Assembly (NCBI GenBank): GCA_048013815.1
Contig: CM106586.1
Span: 22,072,001 to 22,136,000 of the forward strand
DNA from: Setoptus koraiensis
Lineage: Eukaryota; Animalia; Arthropoda
Length of the DNA stretch: 64,000 nt
Direction: 5' to 3'
The notes below the pieces were generated by a model that saw only the letters and a list, made by a program, of their open reading frames with translations, was not told where the DNA came from and made no database searches. Made by a program: the position numbers and the translations under genes. This document shows positions 23,740 to 33,952 of this stretch, piece after piece; within the stretch, counting starts at the first letter, position 1, and the number at the start of each line of letters is the position of its first letter.

Positions 23740-24783
23740 GTTTAATATTCTATTAACTTCTTTGTTGGTGCCCTTTTAATGATCACAATTTTGAATATAT
23801 GTTGCAGTCTCTGCTTGATGAAAACTGAAACGATGATCTGGAATAATGTATGGTTTACTATTCTTAGAATTTGTTAATCTACGCTAGTTCCGCTTGGCTA
23901 TAGTTCTAGCATGGATATACCTGACAAAGATTACTCGATATCCAGACACAGACAGAAAGAAATCATAGAATTGACATTTTATGATTGTTATTGATTTAGA
24001 AGCTGTTGATATGCTGCGTCACTTTTGTGTTGCCGTTCATTTTTGTTTATTATTGGGCTTGTTATCATAACTATCCATAAATCCGATTGATTTTTATTCA
24101 TGGAGCAGTCAGTTGGTTTATCAATCAGGGCACCGATTCCATAAGAAACAAGAGCGTCGCTTGATAATATTTCGCCAAATGATGTATCTTCTAGCTACTT
24201 GATAATTATGTATTGTGTCTAGTCTGTGTTTAGAAATTATTTGAAACAAAATGCTAAGCCCTACGTGACAAATTAGTTATGAAGGTATTGAATTCCTACC
24301 ACCACCATTGCATCAGTCAATTAAAACTTTTTTTTTTTAACTTTGCAACTATTCTGCATCTGTGGAATAGTTTAGTGGGAATCAAGTAAGTTACAACCGT
24401 CGCACAATGTTAAAAACAGGTGAACAGTTTCGCGAGCAAGAATCAAATCTTCTATAAAAATTTTAGTCGGCTCGAATCATCGAGAAACTGCTTAGAAAAA
24501 AAAACAACAGCACAACGTGTACAAAAGTTTATTGATACACCTCTGTTTGTTATAATTAGGAAAATATAAAACGAATATCCTATTCTTCCTAGGGGGAATA
24601 GGGCATTCATCACAGTCAGCCAATCGAAGTGCAAATTGATTTCTATTCCAAATCGATGATCGATTAGTATCGCTTCAAAATAAATTCATTGCTCCTAATA
24701 GATCACATCAATCGTATTCCAATCAAAAGAATCAATCAAAGATAAAGAAAAAAATCGGACGCAGTTAGTAACAACTTTAAACT

Positions 24784-25103
24784 ATGAGGATCCTTGTAAT
24801 TTTTGGCTTGATCATTGTATCGACAACCATTGTGGATGTAGGAGCACAAATGTTTCCCGGTCCCCCCTTCTTTAGAGGTAAGCTAATGAATCTTATCGAT
24901 CGAGTGACACAAGCAATATACAGACTGTAACCAACGTCAATCACCGATGCAAATAATCAGGGCCTGTTTTCATGGACTATGATGGATTCTTCGAGCCCGT
25001 GCCTAATCATCCTAGATTTGGACGATTCTTCGAAAGCTTTTCCAAGTTTCGAAGTTTAGATTCTGGTAAACCAGTGACTGTGCGGAAAAACGAGTCTAAT
25101 TAA
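24784..25103 (+). CDS. Small secreted peptide precursor, 78 aa; join(24784..24877,24961..25103)
   Basis: MRILVIFGLIIVSTTIVDVGA signal peptide followed by QMFPGPPFFRGPVFMDYDGFFEPVPNHPRFGRFFESF...; AG|GTAAGC donor, TAATCAG acceptor, 83-nt intron like the others in the window. Confidence 0.75.
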
Positions 25104-25185
25104 TGAAATGTGATGTTAGAGTAAATTGTCAAGTGGTGAAGAATTTTTTGCTAAAAAAAATAATGATAATAAAATCTACAAGTCT

Positions 25186-28113
25186 TTAATCGTCATCATC
25201 GTCACTGTTTGCGAACAAGTCTAAGAACATGTCATTAGCTTCAGTGTTGGGTTCATCAAAACATTTCGAAACTTGGTCGGGTTCTGAACTTGGACTTGAA
25301 TTGCGTTCGGAACTTCCAATTGCCTTTATTGGTTGATCAAGATCGTGTTCGAGTTCGGAACCTTCAAGAGGTTCTGATTGTGGACTTGAATTGCGTTCGG
25401 AACTTCCAATTGCCTTTTTTGGTTGATTAAGATCGTGTTCGAGTTCGGAAGCTTCAAGGGGCTCTGATTGTGGACTTGAGCCATTTTCAGGTTCGGGACT
25501 TCGATCAGGTTCAAATTCTGGAATTAGATCTGGTTCGATATCTGGACTTCGATCACGGTCGAAATCTGGACTTCGATCGCGTTCAACTTCTGGTTTATGA
25601 GTCAACCAGTGCTCGATTTCGGCAGTGTCGCTAGGTGTTTTCCAAAATAAAATTTCCAAGAAAAGAAATCTCCTCCTATTTGCCATAGCTGCCATCTTTT
25701 CGATCACAGTTCGCCCGAGGTCAATAATTTCTTGAATAACTAAGGATTTAGTGGCAGTCATTTTCTGATAATCCAAAATATCCAAGAAACACTTAAGCAT
25801 GGAGGCTTGCATAAGCTGTATGGTTAGTCCACAATCATAGACAATACGCTTTAACATTTTTAGGACAGCCTCATTAGTCTTCTCGTGATTAGATTTAAAG
25901 TTTTTCAAAATGATCAGATGAGCATTAATAACATGAGGACTACAGTAACGTCCTACAAAATTAGCAAAATCGAATTCTGTCTCTCTCACTGGTTCTTCAT
26001 CTTCCTCATCTTCAACTTCTTCAAGGTTGCCCCCCTCATCTTGAATCTCGATCTCTAAATCCGCCATTAAGATATCTTGCAACGAGCTTGCTTCTTCACT
26101 GACTGTTATATCTGTGTCACCGAACGGTTTGTCTTCATCATCAATCCAAACATCACGGGCATTTCTGAACAGCGCGACAGAGACTAGAGCTTCCCGACTA
26201 CGCAACAATTCGTGAATTCTTTTCACGACGTGAACTTTCTGCTCTTCGAGAGTTAGATCGGATCCTGCATCATAAGGCTTGACTCTCTTATCATCCTCGG
26301 GTCTCGGAAGTGATGATGGATTTACCAGTGAATCGGTTATGGATTCCTGTATCTCTGACCAGATCAGCGATTTTTCTTCATTAGTTAACAGTGGAAGAAA
26401 TTTTTTCTTCTTCGCTCGAGTCCTCCTTTTCTTCTCTTTCTCTTTGACCAACATGTTCGCATTAGCATTACTATAGCCTTGGAGTAAATCCAAGAAGATG
26501 TTGTTTGTTTCTATCAAATCGATAAGATAATTGGGCGTGTGCTTGAATACATTAAAACTTTGGAATAAATTCAATGCCAGCATACGATAATCCATCTCGT
26601 AAAATATGGTTTTTTTGATCGAATGACTTAATTGCTCGTAGTCAGGGTCTCGTTCGATTGCGATCATCGAGCATAATAATTCCTTGTAGGCTTTCAATGC
26701 AAAATGAAGTCTTTTAGATAAATCGAGGTATTTCTTCTTCTCACTGGTGATTTTTTCTTGATACTGATCCATTAAGGTTTGTAAATAGTGCAAGGAAGAA
26801 ACCGATAATGTCTCAGATATATTTTTAATGTCGAGATTCAAATGACGATTGAGAGCTGTGAAAAAATAAAATGACCATAAGTAGTATGTCTCGTCATTCT
26901 CCTGAGATTGGTGCCTCACAAGATTGTGTTTGATTATTTGCATGAAGTCATTGTATATATTCTCCAGAAATTTGATGCAGAATAATTTCAAACTCCAGCG
27001 GGTCTCAAAGGAAGATGTTTTTTGTGTCACTGCAGCGGCCAACATGTTGTCCTGTGATACAAGTGACTCTGAATTGGTTAATGGACGCCTATTCCTAGGT
27101 CTGACATAAGAATCTTTATGGTCGTCAAAATTTATTATACCTTTCTTGTCCATTGGCTTTCTGACAACTAGAGGTAAATGACTCGAAGTTCTGATATTTG
27201 TAACTTGGAAAGAGCCATGTCTGAATCTTTGCGGCATAAATTTTTGTTTGGCCAAATGTTTTTCGCATTTATCTAAGGCAGCCAATTCGGTTAGTCTTCT
27301 TTTATCGCGTTCTCTGTCGTCATCAGATCTTTTGCGCTTATTCGAACTGTTATCTGTTGCACGAGAAAGAGCTTCCGGTTCGAACTCTCTGAGCATTAAG
27401 AATACAGTTTCCATGATATGTAGGCAAAATTTTGGTCCATGTTCAGTAGACTCTGATATCTTATATATCGTTTCAAAATAACCACTCTTATCCATTCTGT
27501 ACAGGCACATATCGTGAGCGTTCAATTCAGTATTTATACCCATAGAGAGGGATGTATCAACAGGTATGTGCAATATGTTTCGGATGACGATGATGATGCG
27601 CTCAAAAAGTATCCAGTCTTCTTCGGTACGTTGGTAAAAGTCTAAATCTAAAATGTAATTAATGTACTTGTTGAGAACAGTCCAAATGGTAACATTGTCC
27701 GCAAAAGCCGTCTTGTAGTTGTGCAAGTAGGATATAAACTTCATGTAAAGTTGCTTCTTTTCCGGTTCATCAGGCACCTCTTGTTTTTCGAAAAACATCA
27801 AAGCTGGAGAAGTTAAATTGACACAAATTTTGACAACCAAGTCGAACAATTCTTTTTGATCTTCCTTTGAGGGATCATTGCAATGCTGTACAATGATAGG
27901 TATCATATCCGTCCTGATAATATTCAAACAACCCATAGTGTGTCGTACTGTATGTTGTTTGCCATCCGTCCGTAGGTACCTTATCAATTCTTTAAGGCAA
28001 GCAATACAATCTTTGTCTTTCGTGTAGATACCGTCGGCTTCATTCAATTTACCTAACCCCAAACATGTTGCGGTGAGATCATCAATCAAGGCTTGATTAT
28101 TGGCATAGTCCAT
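25186..28113 (-). CDS. TIMELESS: TIMELESS / timeout (TIM2-type) homologue, 975 aa, intronless
   Basis: LTATCLGLG...CLKELIRYLR, ERIIIVIRNILH, DETYYLW, LHFALKAYKELL, FLEILFWK. Confidence 0.92.
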   Translation of the reverse strand: MDYANNQALIDDLTATCLGLGKLNEADGIYTKDKDCIACLKELIRYLRTDGKQHTVRHTMGCLNIIRTDMIPIIVQHCNDPSKEDQKELFDLVVKICVNLTSPALMFFEKQEVPDEPEKKQLYMKFISYLHNYKTAFADNVTIWTVLNKYINYILDLDFYQRTEEDWILFERIIIVIRNILHIPVDTSLSMGINTELNAHDMCLYRMDKSGYFETIYKISESTEHGPKFCLHIMETVFLMLREFEPEALSRATDNSSNKRKRSDDDRERDKRRLTELAALDKCEKHLAKQKFMPQRFRHGSFQVTNIRTSSHLPLVVRKPMDKKGIINFDDHKDSYVRPRNRRPLTNSESLVSQDNMLAAAVTQKTSSFETRWSLKLFCIKFLENIYNDFMQIIKHNLVRHQSQENDETYYLWSFYFFTALNRHLNLDIKNISETLSVSSLHYLQTLMDQYQEKITSEKKKYLDLSKRLHFALKAYKELLCSMIAIERDPDYEQLSHSIKKTIFYEMDYRMLALNLFQSFNVFKHTPNYLIDLIETNNIFLDLLQGYSNANANMLVKEKEKKRRTRAKKKKFLPLLTNEEKSLIWSEIQESITDSLVNPSSLPRPEDDKRVKPYDAGSDLTLEEQKVHVVKRIHELLRSREALVSVALFRNARDVWIDDEDKPFGDTDITVSEEASSLQDILMADLEIEIQDEGGNLEEVEDEEDEEPVRETEFDFANFVGRYCSPHVINAHLIILKNFKSNHEKTNEAVLKMLKRIVYDCGLTIQLMQASMLKCFLDILDYQKMTATKSLVIQEIIDLGRTVIEKMAAMANRRRFLFLEILFWKTPSDTAEIEHWLTHKPEVERDRSPDFDRDRSPDIEPDLIPEFEPDRSPEPENGSSPQSEPLEASELEHDLNQPKKAIGSSERNSSPQSEPLEGSELEHDLDQPIKAIGSSERNSSPSSEPDQVSKCFDEPNTEANDMFLDLFANSDDDDD
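25285..25482. repeat. 90-bp (30-aa) coding tandem repeat, about 2.2 copies, in the TIMELESS C-terminal tail
   Basis: tggacttga recurs at 25291, 25381 and 25471; the unit encodes SSPQSEPLE(A/G)SELEHDL(N/D)QP(K/I)KAIGSSERN. Confidence 0.9.
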
Positions 28114-29123
28114 GCTTGTGTCCTAATGTGTCCCCAGAAGTAAATAAAATAAAATTAACGGTAGTTAAGATAAAATCTAGTCTAATAATAATAATAAAAA
28201 ATGATTGTCGCCAGCTTAATATATACGCCGATGCCGGGTGCATACTGTGACTGAATTGGCATGCACCTAATCATAAACAAAAGATTCGCAATTGCTGAAC
28301 GCATAGTTCGATCGCGCCAAATTGCTTTCTTCGCGTCATCATCAGATGATGGGCTACAGTCGAATCAACACATGGCTCGGGAGAAAGAGTCCACGAGTGA
28401 ATATGTAGTGGTATTATTTATGTATGAATATCCGTAGCTTGGGGACGCGATGAGGGGTGTGTAAGGTATCTCGAGACTGTGCGACTGAAAATATTCACTT
28501 ATAAATTCGTGTTTCTGAATGTAAAGTGAATACTCTTTACCACTGTTCACGGATGATTCTTTAGTGATCGGAATCCAACCATTGGGTTGAGCGTAGGAAA
28601 ATTCATCACACATTTGTGTTCGAGGTCCTGGTCCTTCTGGTGCACTGTTCCTCCCCTATCGTCTCCCACGGCGTTCTCTCAGGAAAAACAACTCTCCCCC
28701 GTTAACTACTTCCCGCTAGTAAGAATGGAAAATTTCCGATCTTGGCAACGTTTTTTATCACGCTGATTCTAGAACAGTTTCCATACGAATCTGCCTGTTC
28801 CTAACTAAAGTTCATCTTCACCTAAGGTACTCTCTAACGGAGATTTTCTCCTCTGCCGTAAGTTCTCCCGTCTCTCCGAAACGCTAAGACGGTTTGAATG
28901 TAGCGCCAATATCAGCGGCTTGTGGGCACCAGCTGTAAATAGTGACACATAGAAATGTGTGTGCATGGAAACTTTCTTCCTCGTCAGGATTTTATTCTCA
29001 ATCAACCATAACAACATTGCCATAGATTGCATTCTATACTTTTACAATAGATATTATGACATTTGAAAACAGACGATTTATTGGTTTCTTTGAAACAAGC
29101 AATATTCTCTCGTAGTCCTTGAC

Positions 29124-30379
29124 ATGGGATCCAATGCTTCTCAGCTAGAGCGTGAGATTGGATCGGAACATTTTCCACAGAATGAGCACTATTTCGGATT
29201 GGTCAATTTTGGTAATACTTGCTATTGCAACTCTGTTTTGCAAGCGCTTTATTTTTGTCAACCATTCAGAGAAAAGGTATTAGAATCAAAGATAAAAAAT
29301 AAACGGAATAACAAAGAAACTCTGCTCAGTTGCTTGGCTGACCTGTTCCACACAATAGCCAACCAGAAGAAGAAAACTGGTTCTTATGCCCCAAAGAAAT
29401 TTATTAATCGTCTTAGGAAGGAAAATGAGGTTTTCGACAATTACATGCAACAAGACGCCCACGAGTTCCTTAATTATCTTTTGAATACGATAGCAGATCT
29501 TTTACGTGTTGAAAAGGGTGATAAAACAGCTATAACATGGGTCCATGAGATATTCCAAGGAACTCTCACAAATGAAACTAGATGCCTAACTTGTGAGTCG
29601 ATGTCATCAAAAGATGAAGACTTCATTGATTTGAGTGTTGATGTTGAACAAAATACCTCTCTAACACACTGTTTGAGAGTATTTAGTAAAACAGAGACAT
29701 TAGGTTCAGAACATAAGTACTACTGCGAAAAATGTTGCTCCAAACAAGAAGCTCAAAAGCGTATGCGTATCAAAAAGCCACCTATTATATTGGCCCTCCA
29801 TCTTAAAAGATTTAAATACATGGAATCGCAGAACAGGCACACCAAGCTCACCTCTAGAGTTGTTTTTCCTTTAGAGCTCCGTCTCTTTAATAAAACTTCC
29901 AGTGGAGAAGGCGACGATAGACTATATGATTTATTTGCAGTTGTGATACACTGCGGTTTCGGTAAGTATTGGATGCGATTCTCGTGAAAATTTGGTATAC
30001 AGTCTTATACAATTAAATCAATATCTGACTTTACTAACATACCTATCACATCTGTAAACAAATTTTCGAATGTTCTAACCATTTCGAAGGTCCCAACCGT
30101 GGTCACTACATAAGTATTGTCAAGTCATTTGGATTTTGGTTACTCTTTGATGACGATTACGCCGAAAAAATGGATACCTCGAGGTGAGTTTTGATAGACA
30201 TCAGTCATTGTTTTATGATCATTAGACTTCAGAATCTAATCCTGGCTAACTGTACTTTTTTTTAACTGCATCTAACTAGCCCATTGGAGGATTTTTTCGG
30301 ACTAGGAAATGATACACAAAAAACATCAGAATCCGCCTATATTCTATTTTATCAAAGTAGGGACAGCACTGTAGGTTAA
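29124..30379 (+). CDS. USP46: Ubiquitin carboxyl-terminal hydrolase 12/46; join(29124..29961,30090..30183,30280..30379)
   Basis: [31 protein letters not shown] (Cys box), [25 protein letters not shown] (His box), [18 protein letters not shown]; GT-AG introns keep the frame. Confidence 0.95.
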
Positions 30380-30695
30380 ATTGCACCTACAAGTCACCTG
30401 AATTAGATTTCCTACTATGTGTAAGTGCCTGTCTTACACAATTAATATGTATACTTTATGTTGCTCAGTGAGGCACGAGATAAACTGCAACACTAGAGGT
30501 GATGCTAACAGCTTACTTCTAACTCACCTGTACATATTTTGAAGAAGAAATACATAGTCAAAGGGGAAATAACAGATGAAGTAGGAGAACTGTCTGGTCT
30601 CTTAGTCATTCGCTGCTTTGAAGCGCACCCTGTCACAGATATATAATTGCAATCACTATTATTTTCAATAGATTTACTACACAAGTATCATTGCA

Positions 30696-31337
30696 ATGTC
30701 AGCCATAAGTTCGGCTGGAAGACCATGCGCTTATGCCACACCATGCCTGAGAAAGAACAAGATATACTTGGTGCTATGCATGGCAATAGGAATCGTTACA
30801 TCACTGTATGCCATTTACAACCACTCTAAGTTCGGGGCCTCGCACTCCCCCTCCGCTGCGATCCAAGGTATATTGAATACCAACCACTATACATCAAAGT
30901 ATGCAACTAAGTTGGGAAATTTGGGCCGAGGTACTTGCGATGTCAAGGATACTCTTTTTGGAAGTCCGATGACGCGCACTGTAGCTATCACTACTGCATC
31001 AGTACACGTGATCCAGCTAGTCATTATGGGAGTCTACAGTAGGTCATCCCCTGCCACAAAGTCTATCATGGGAATATCTGCAGCTAGCTTGGCTATGTCC
31101 ATGATGTGCTTGCTGATAGGACTATTTTCTTGTAGAAGCTATTGTATGTCCTGTCTAGGTCTTCAGCATTTAGCAATCTTGTACTTTGGTTACAAGCGAT
31201 TATATTTGCTAGATAACTCAACATGTCCATCGCCAGCACCTCGAAGACCCACCTCTGCGCCGATGACTGTCAGTACTAGTGAACGCAGGGACAAAAGTTC
31301 GTCAGAGATGCGAAGACGACCAGTGTCAAGCAAGTAA
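30696..31337 (+). CDS. VKORC1: Vitamin K epoxide reductase (VKORC1)-like protein, divergent
   Basis: LVLCMAIGIVTSLYAIY resembles VKORC1 LALCLTGLVLSLYAL; CDV loop motif; SYCMSC CxxC motif in the last hydrophobic helix. Confidence 0.7.
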   Translation: MSAISSAGRPCAYATPCLRKNKIYLVLCMAIGIVTSLYAIYNHSKFGASHSPSAAIQGILNTNHYTSKYATKLGNLGRGTCDVKDTLFGSPMTRTVAITTASVHVIQLVIMGVYSRSSPATKSIMGISAASLAMSMMCLLIGLFSCRSYCMSCLGLQHLAILYFGYKRLYLLDNSTCPSPAPRRPTSAPMTVSTSERRDKSSSEMRRRPVSSK

Positions 31338-31718
31338 ATTATTTTGGACAATTATTGACCTCGACCGCGCTACTACAATCTCCTCTATATATCCTATGTC
31401 AAAATGTGTTTAAACGACCTGTCTGAGACAAGAACACGCCAATTCGTTGTGATAGAATGCCCGTATACAAACGAAAAATTCGAAAGATGCAAAGCTGCTA
31501 TTGTATTAAAATTGAAAATGAATCTATGAACATGTTGTTGATTTATTCAGAAGAGAGGAAAAAAAATATTTATAACCTAATCTTTCGATCCAAATTCTCA
31601 AATTGCAATCCTTCTAAACATTTTGCTTTAGGTGAGTGATACCCTGATCAGCTTCGCTCTGGATTCTAGATGCTCTAAAATGGATTGGACTGGTAACGCC
31701 TTCACTAGTTTAATATCG

Positions 31719-32480
31719 CTATGTATGATTGGTAGTTGGTACTGGTTGTGATGTGACCATACGTTGCTCGAACATTTGACAGATCTTTTTCAAGCTCTCA
31801 GTGTGCTCTTTTAATGCATCACATTCATGCTTGTGAGCCAATTTAGTGTTTTCTAGTGTCAGTTTCAGATGATTCAAACTAGATTCCTTCAGGCAGAGTT
31901 GCTCCTCAAAGTGTTTGATTTTAGCTTGGGCAAACTCCAGATTGACAACCTTCTGATCTAATGCTTGTTTCAGTGATTTGATTTCGTTCAATTCGGCCTC
32001 ATTAAGAGTCTTACATTCGTAATCGTGAGCACCAGATCTAGTGGTCATAACCTCTGTTAGGTTCTGTTTGTACATTTCATTTAGTTCACCAAGTACCAGG
32101 AAGTTTTTCATAAGTCTGTCGTTTTCTTGCTCCAATCTCTTTGATTTAGTCACTTCTTGTTTGGCTTTCCTCCATTTTTCGTTTGTTTCGAATAGAGCAG
32201 CTTTGGAATCATTTAATTCAAGAACTAGTTGTTTATTAATATCAATTTGTTTGTTGATTTCTATTTTCATTAATTCACATGTAGTACGAGAATCCTCCAG
32301 ATCCTTCTTTACGGTGGCTATTGTCGATAGATGTTTGTTTTCTGCCTGGCGTGCTAGATCGCTGTCCTCACGACATTTTGTTTGGCAATCCTTTAAGGCT
32401 GACCTGAGTCGCTCTATCTCCTCTTGTTGCATTTTTAATTGATCACAAATGGCATTGTTCTTCTCCTCCGATGTACTCAT
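31719..32480 (-). CDS. TSC1: Hamartin (TSC1)-like C-terminal coiled coil only; ends uncertain
   Basis: EEKNNAICDQLKMQQEEI resembles hamartin EEHNAAMKDQLKLQEKDI; FLVLGELNEMYKQ resembles LLVLGEVNELYLEQ; LKKICQMFE resembles QKRITQVFE. Confidence 0.75.
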   Translation of the reverse strand: MSTSEEKNNAICDQLKMQQEEIERLRSALKDCQTKCREDSDLARQAENKHLSTIATVKKDLEDSRTTCELMKIEINKQIDINKQLVLELNDSKAALFETNEKWRKAKQEVTKSKRLEQENDRLMKNFLVLGELNEMYKQNLTEVMTTRSGAHDYECKTLNEAELNEIKSLKQALDQKVVNLEFAQAKIKHFEEQLCLKESSLNHLKLTLENTKLAHKHECDALKEHTESLKKICQMFEQRMVTSQPVPTTNHT

Positions 32481-33016
32481 CTCGTATGTGACCAAAATGA
32501 CGTTCCAATGATGAATATAAATTATTATTATTTTCCTTCTAGATTAATAATACAACGGTAACAATACGATGGCCAGTGACATCGTGTCGACGAAATCTTT
32601 CTGACAAAGAAAACGCTTTATCTGTTACAACCAGCTACAGAACGAACAAAGAGTGGGCCGAGCAAGCTCGCTTTTTATTTTTATTCTCCTGTTCCGATTT
32701 CCCCTGTTCAGTCTCCCATCATCTCTCCGATCTCCCATCAACCACGCAGTCTCTTATCAGCACCAGCGGTGCACCGTGCACTAACCTCCTTCATCATCTC
32801 ACGAACACCATATCAGTTCGAACAAACTGCCAGAGAGACAGCGTAAATGCCACCAATGCATACTAAAAACGCCAAAACAGGCATAACTATTATATAAACC
32901 TGATATATTAGCATCGAAAACTATTGTATCAACTTTTTGGTTGTTGTTGTTGTTACTTTATTCAGAATAGAAGAGGTAAAAAATATCTATATAATCTATT
33001 CGTGGCTTATAAATCC

Positions 33017-33562
33017 TTAATGCGACAAGGAGATATCCATGAATTTTCTCCGGGCGAAACAGGTCCACCATTTCGATGGTCTAGACGAGCTTGGGTCACT
33101 AAAGACACGCTCAATTAGTCGAAAGCTACACTCCTGCCGCAATTGTGTCAAATATGCCTTAAGAAGATCTGTCTGATCCTGATTCGACGGTCGTGAATAC
33201 ATGGAATTCAAAGGAAAATTGGGATCGCCAGGCAAATCGAACCTCGATATAGAAAGACTATACATTTCTTGAATAGCTTGATCTTTGGATGTACATTTTT
33301 GCAATTTTTTCAAACATTCTGTGATATACAGCGTCAGATAAATGATGACACGATCGGCATCGCTTTGAATCTCATATGTTCTAAAAAAGACGTTGGGCTT
33401 GAAATATAACAATGCCTCATCAATGATGTCCAATTCGTTATCTATTATATGCTTAGGGTCACATATTTGCACTGGGCCTCTGAATTTAGTCTTGAAAGTT
33501 AGGAAGGCCATGTTGCCAATGGTCTTGCCTACATTGGCTAGTTTTGAGTGATAGGCAGGCAT
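33017..33562 (-). CDS. ARPC3: Actin-related protein 2/3 complex subunit 3 (p21-Arc), single exon
   Basis: MPAYHS, DIIDEALLYFKPNVFFRTYEIQSDADRVIIYLTLYITECLKKL, PSKWWTCFARRKFM. Confidence 0.97.
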   Translation of the reverse strand: MPAYHSKLANVGKTIGNMAFLTFKTKFRGPVQICDPKHIIDNELDIIDEALLYFKPNVFFRTYEIQSDADRVIIYLTLYITECLKKLQKCTSKDQAIQEMYSLSISRFDLPGDPNFPLNSMYSRPSNQDQTDLLKAYLTQLRQECSFRLIERVFSDPSSSRPSKWWTCFARRKFMDISLSH

Positions 33563-33952
33563 TTGAGCTGATTTGATTGCTTTATTTATATCTAACTATA
33601 AAAAATAATAATAGATAATAACACAGTATAACTGATTTACAATATATAGTAGAAAGAAACAATACAGTAGAAATGGGTCAGTTTAAAAAATGCACGACGA
33701 TCATCAATGGCAACCATGTCTTTTCAGCTACAGTTATATCATATGATCGGCATTATGTTATTGTGCCAAGTGAGTCGACTCACTGACTCACTTTTTGCTT
33801 GATGCAAGCATACCAAAAGTTGAATCCAACCGGCCATAGAAAAGTGACTATCTAACGCCTTACCCGAGGTTTTGTCTTATTGTTTTACCATCATGAACGG
33901 ATTATTTGTGTTTTAATTCAATCAAAGATCTGTAAGAACCCAAAGAACGATT

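Noticed and set aside
28365-29032. Minus-strand frames (about 110 codons including RVVFPERTPWETIGRN…; 75-aa ORF)
   Set aside because: They look somewhat coding but could not be matched to a family or joined by convincing splice sites; they lie in the TIMELESS/USP46 divergent promoter region
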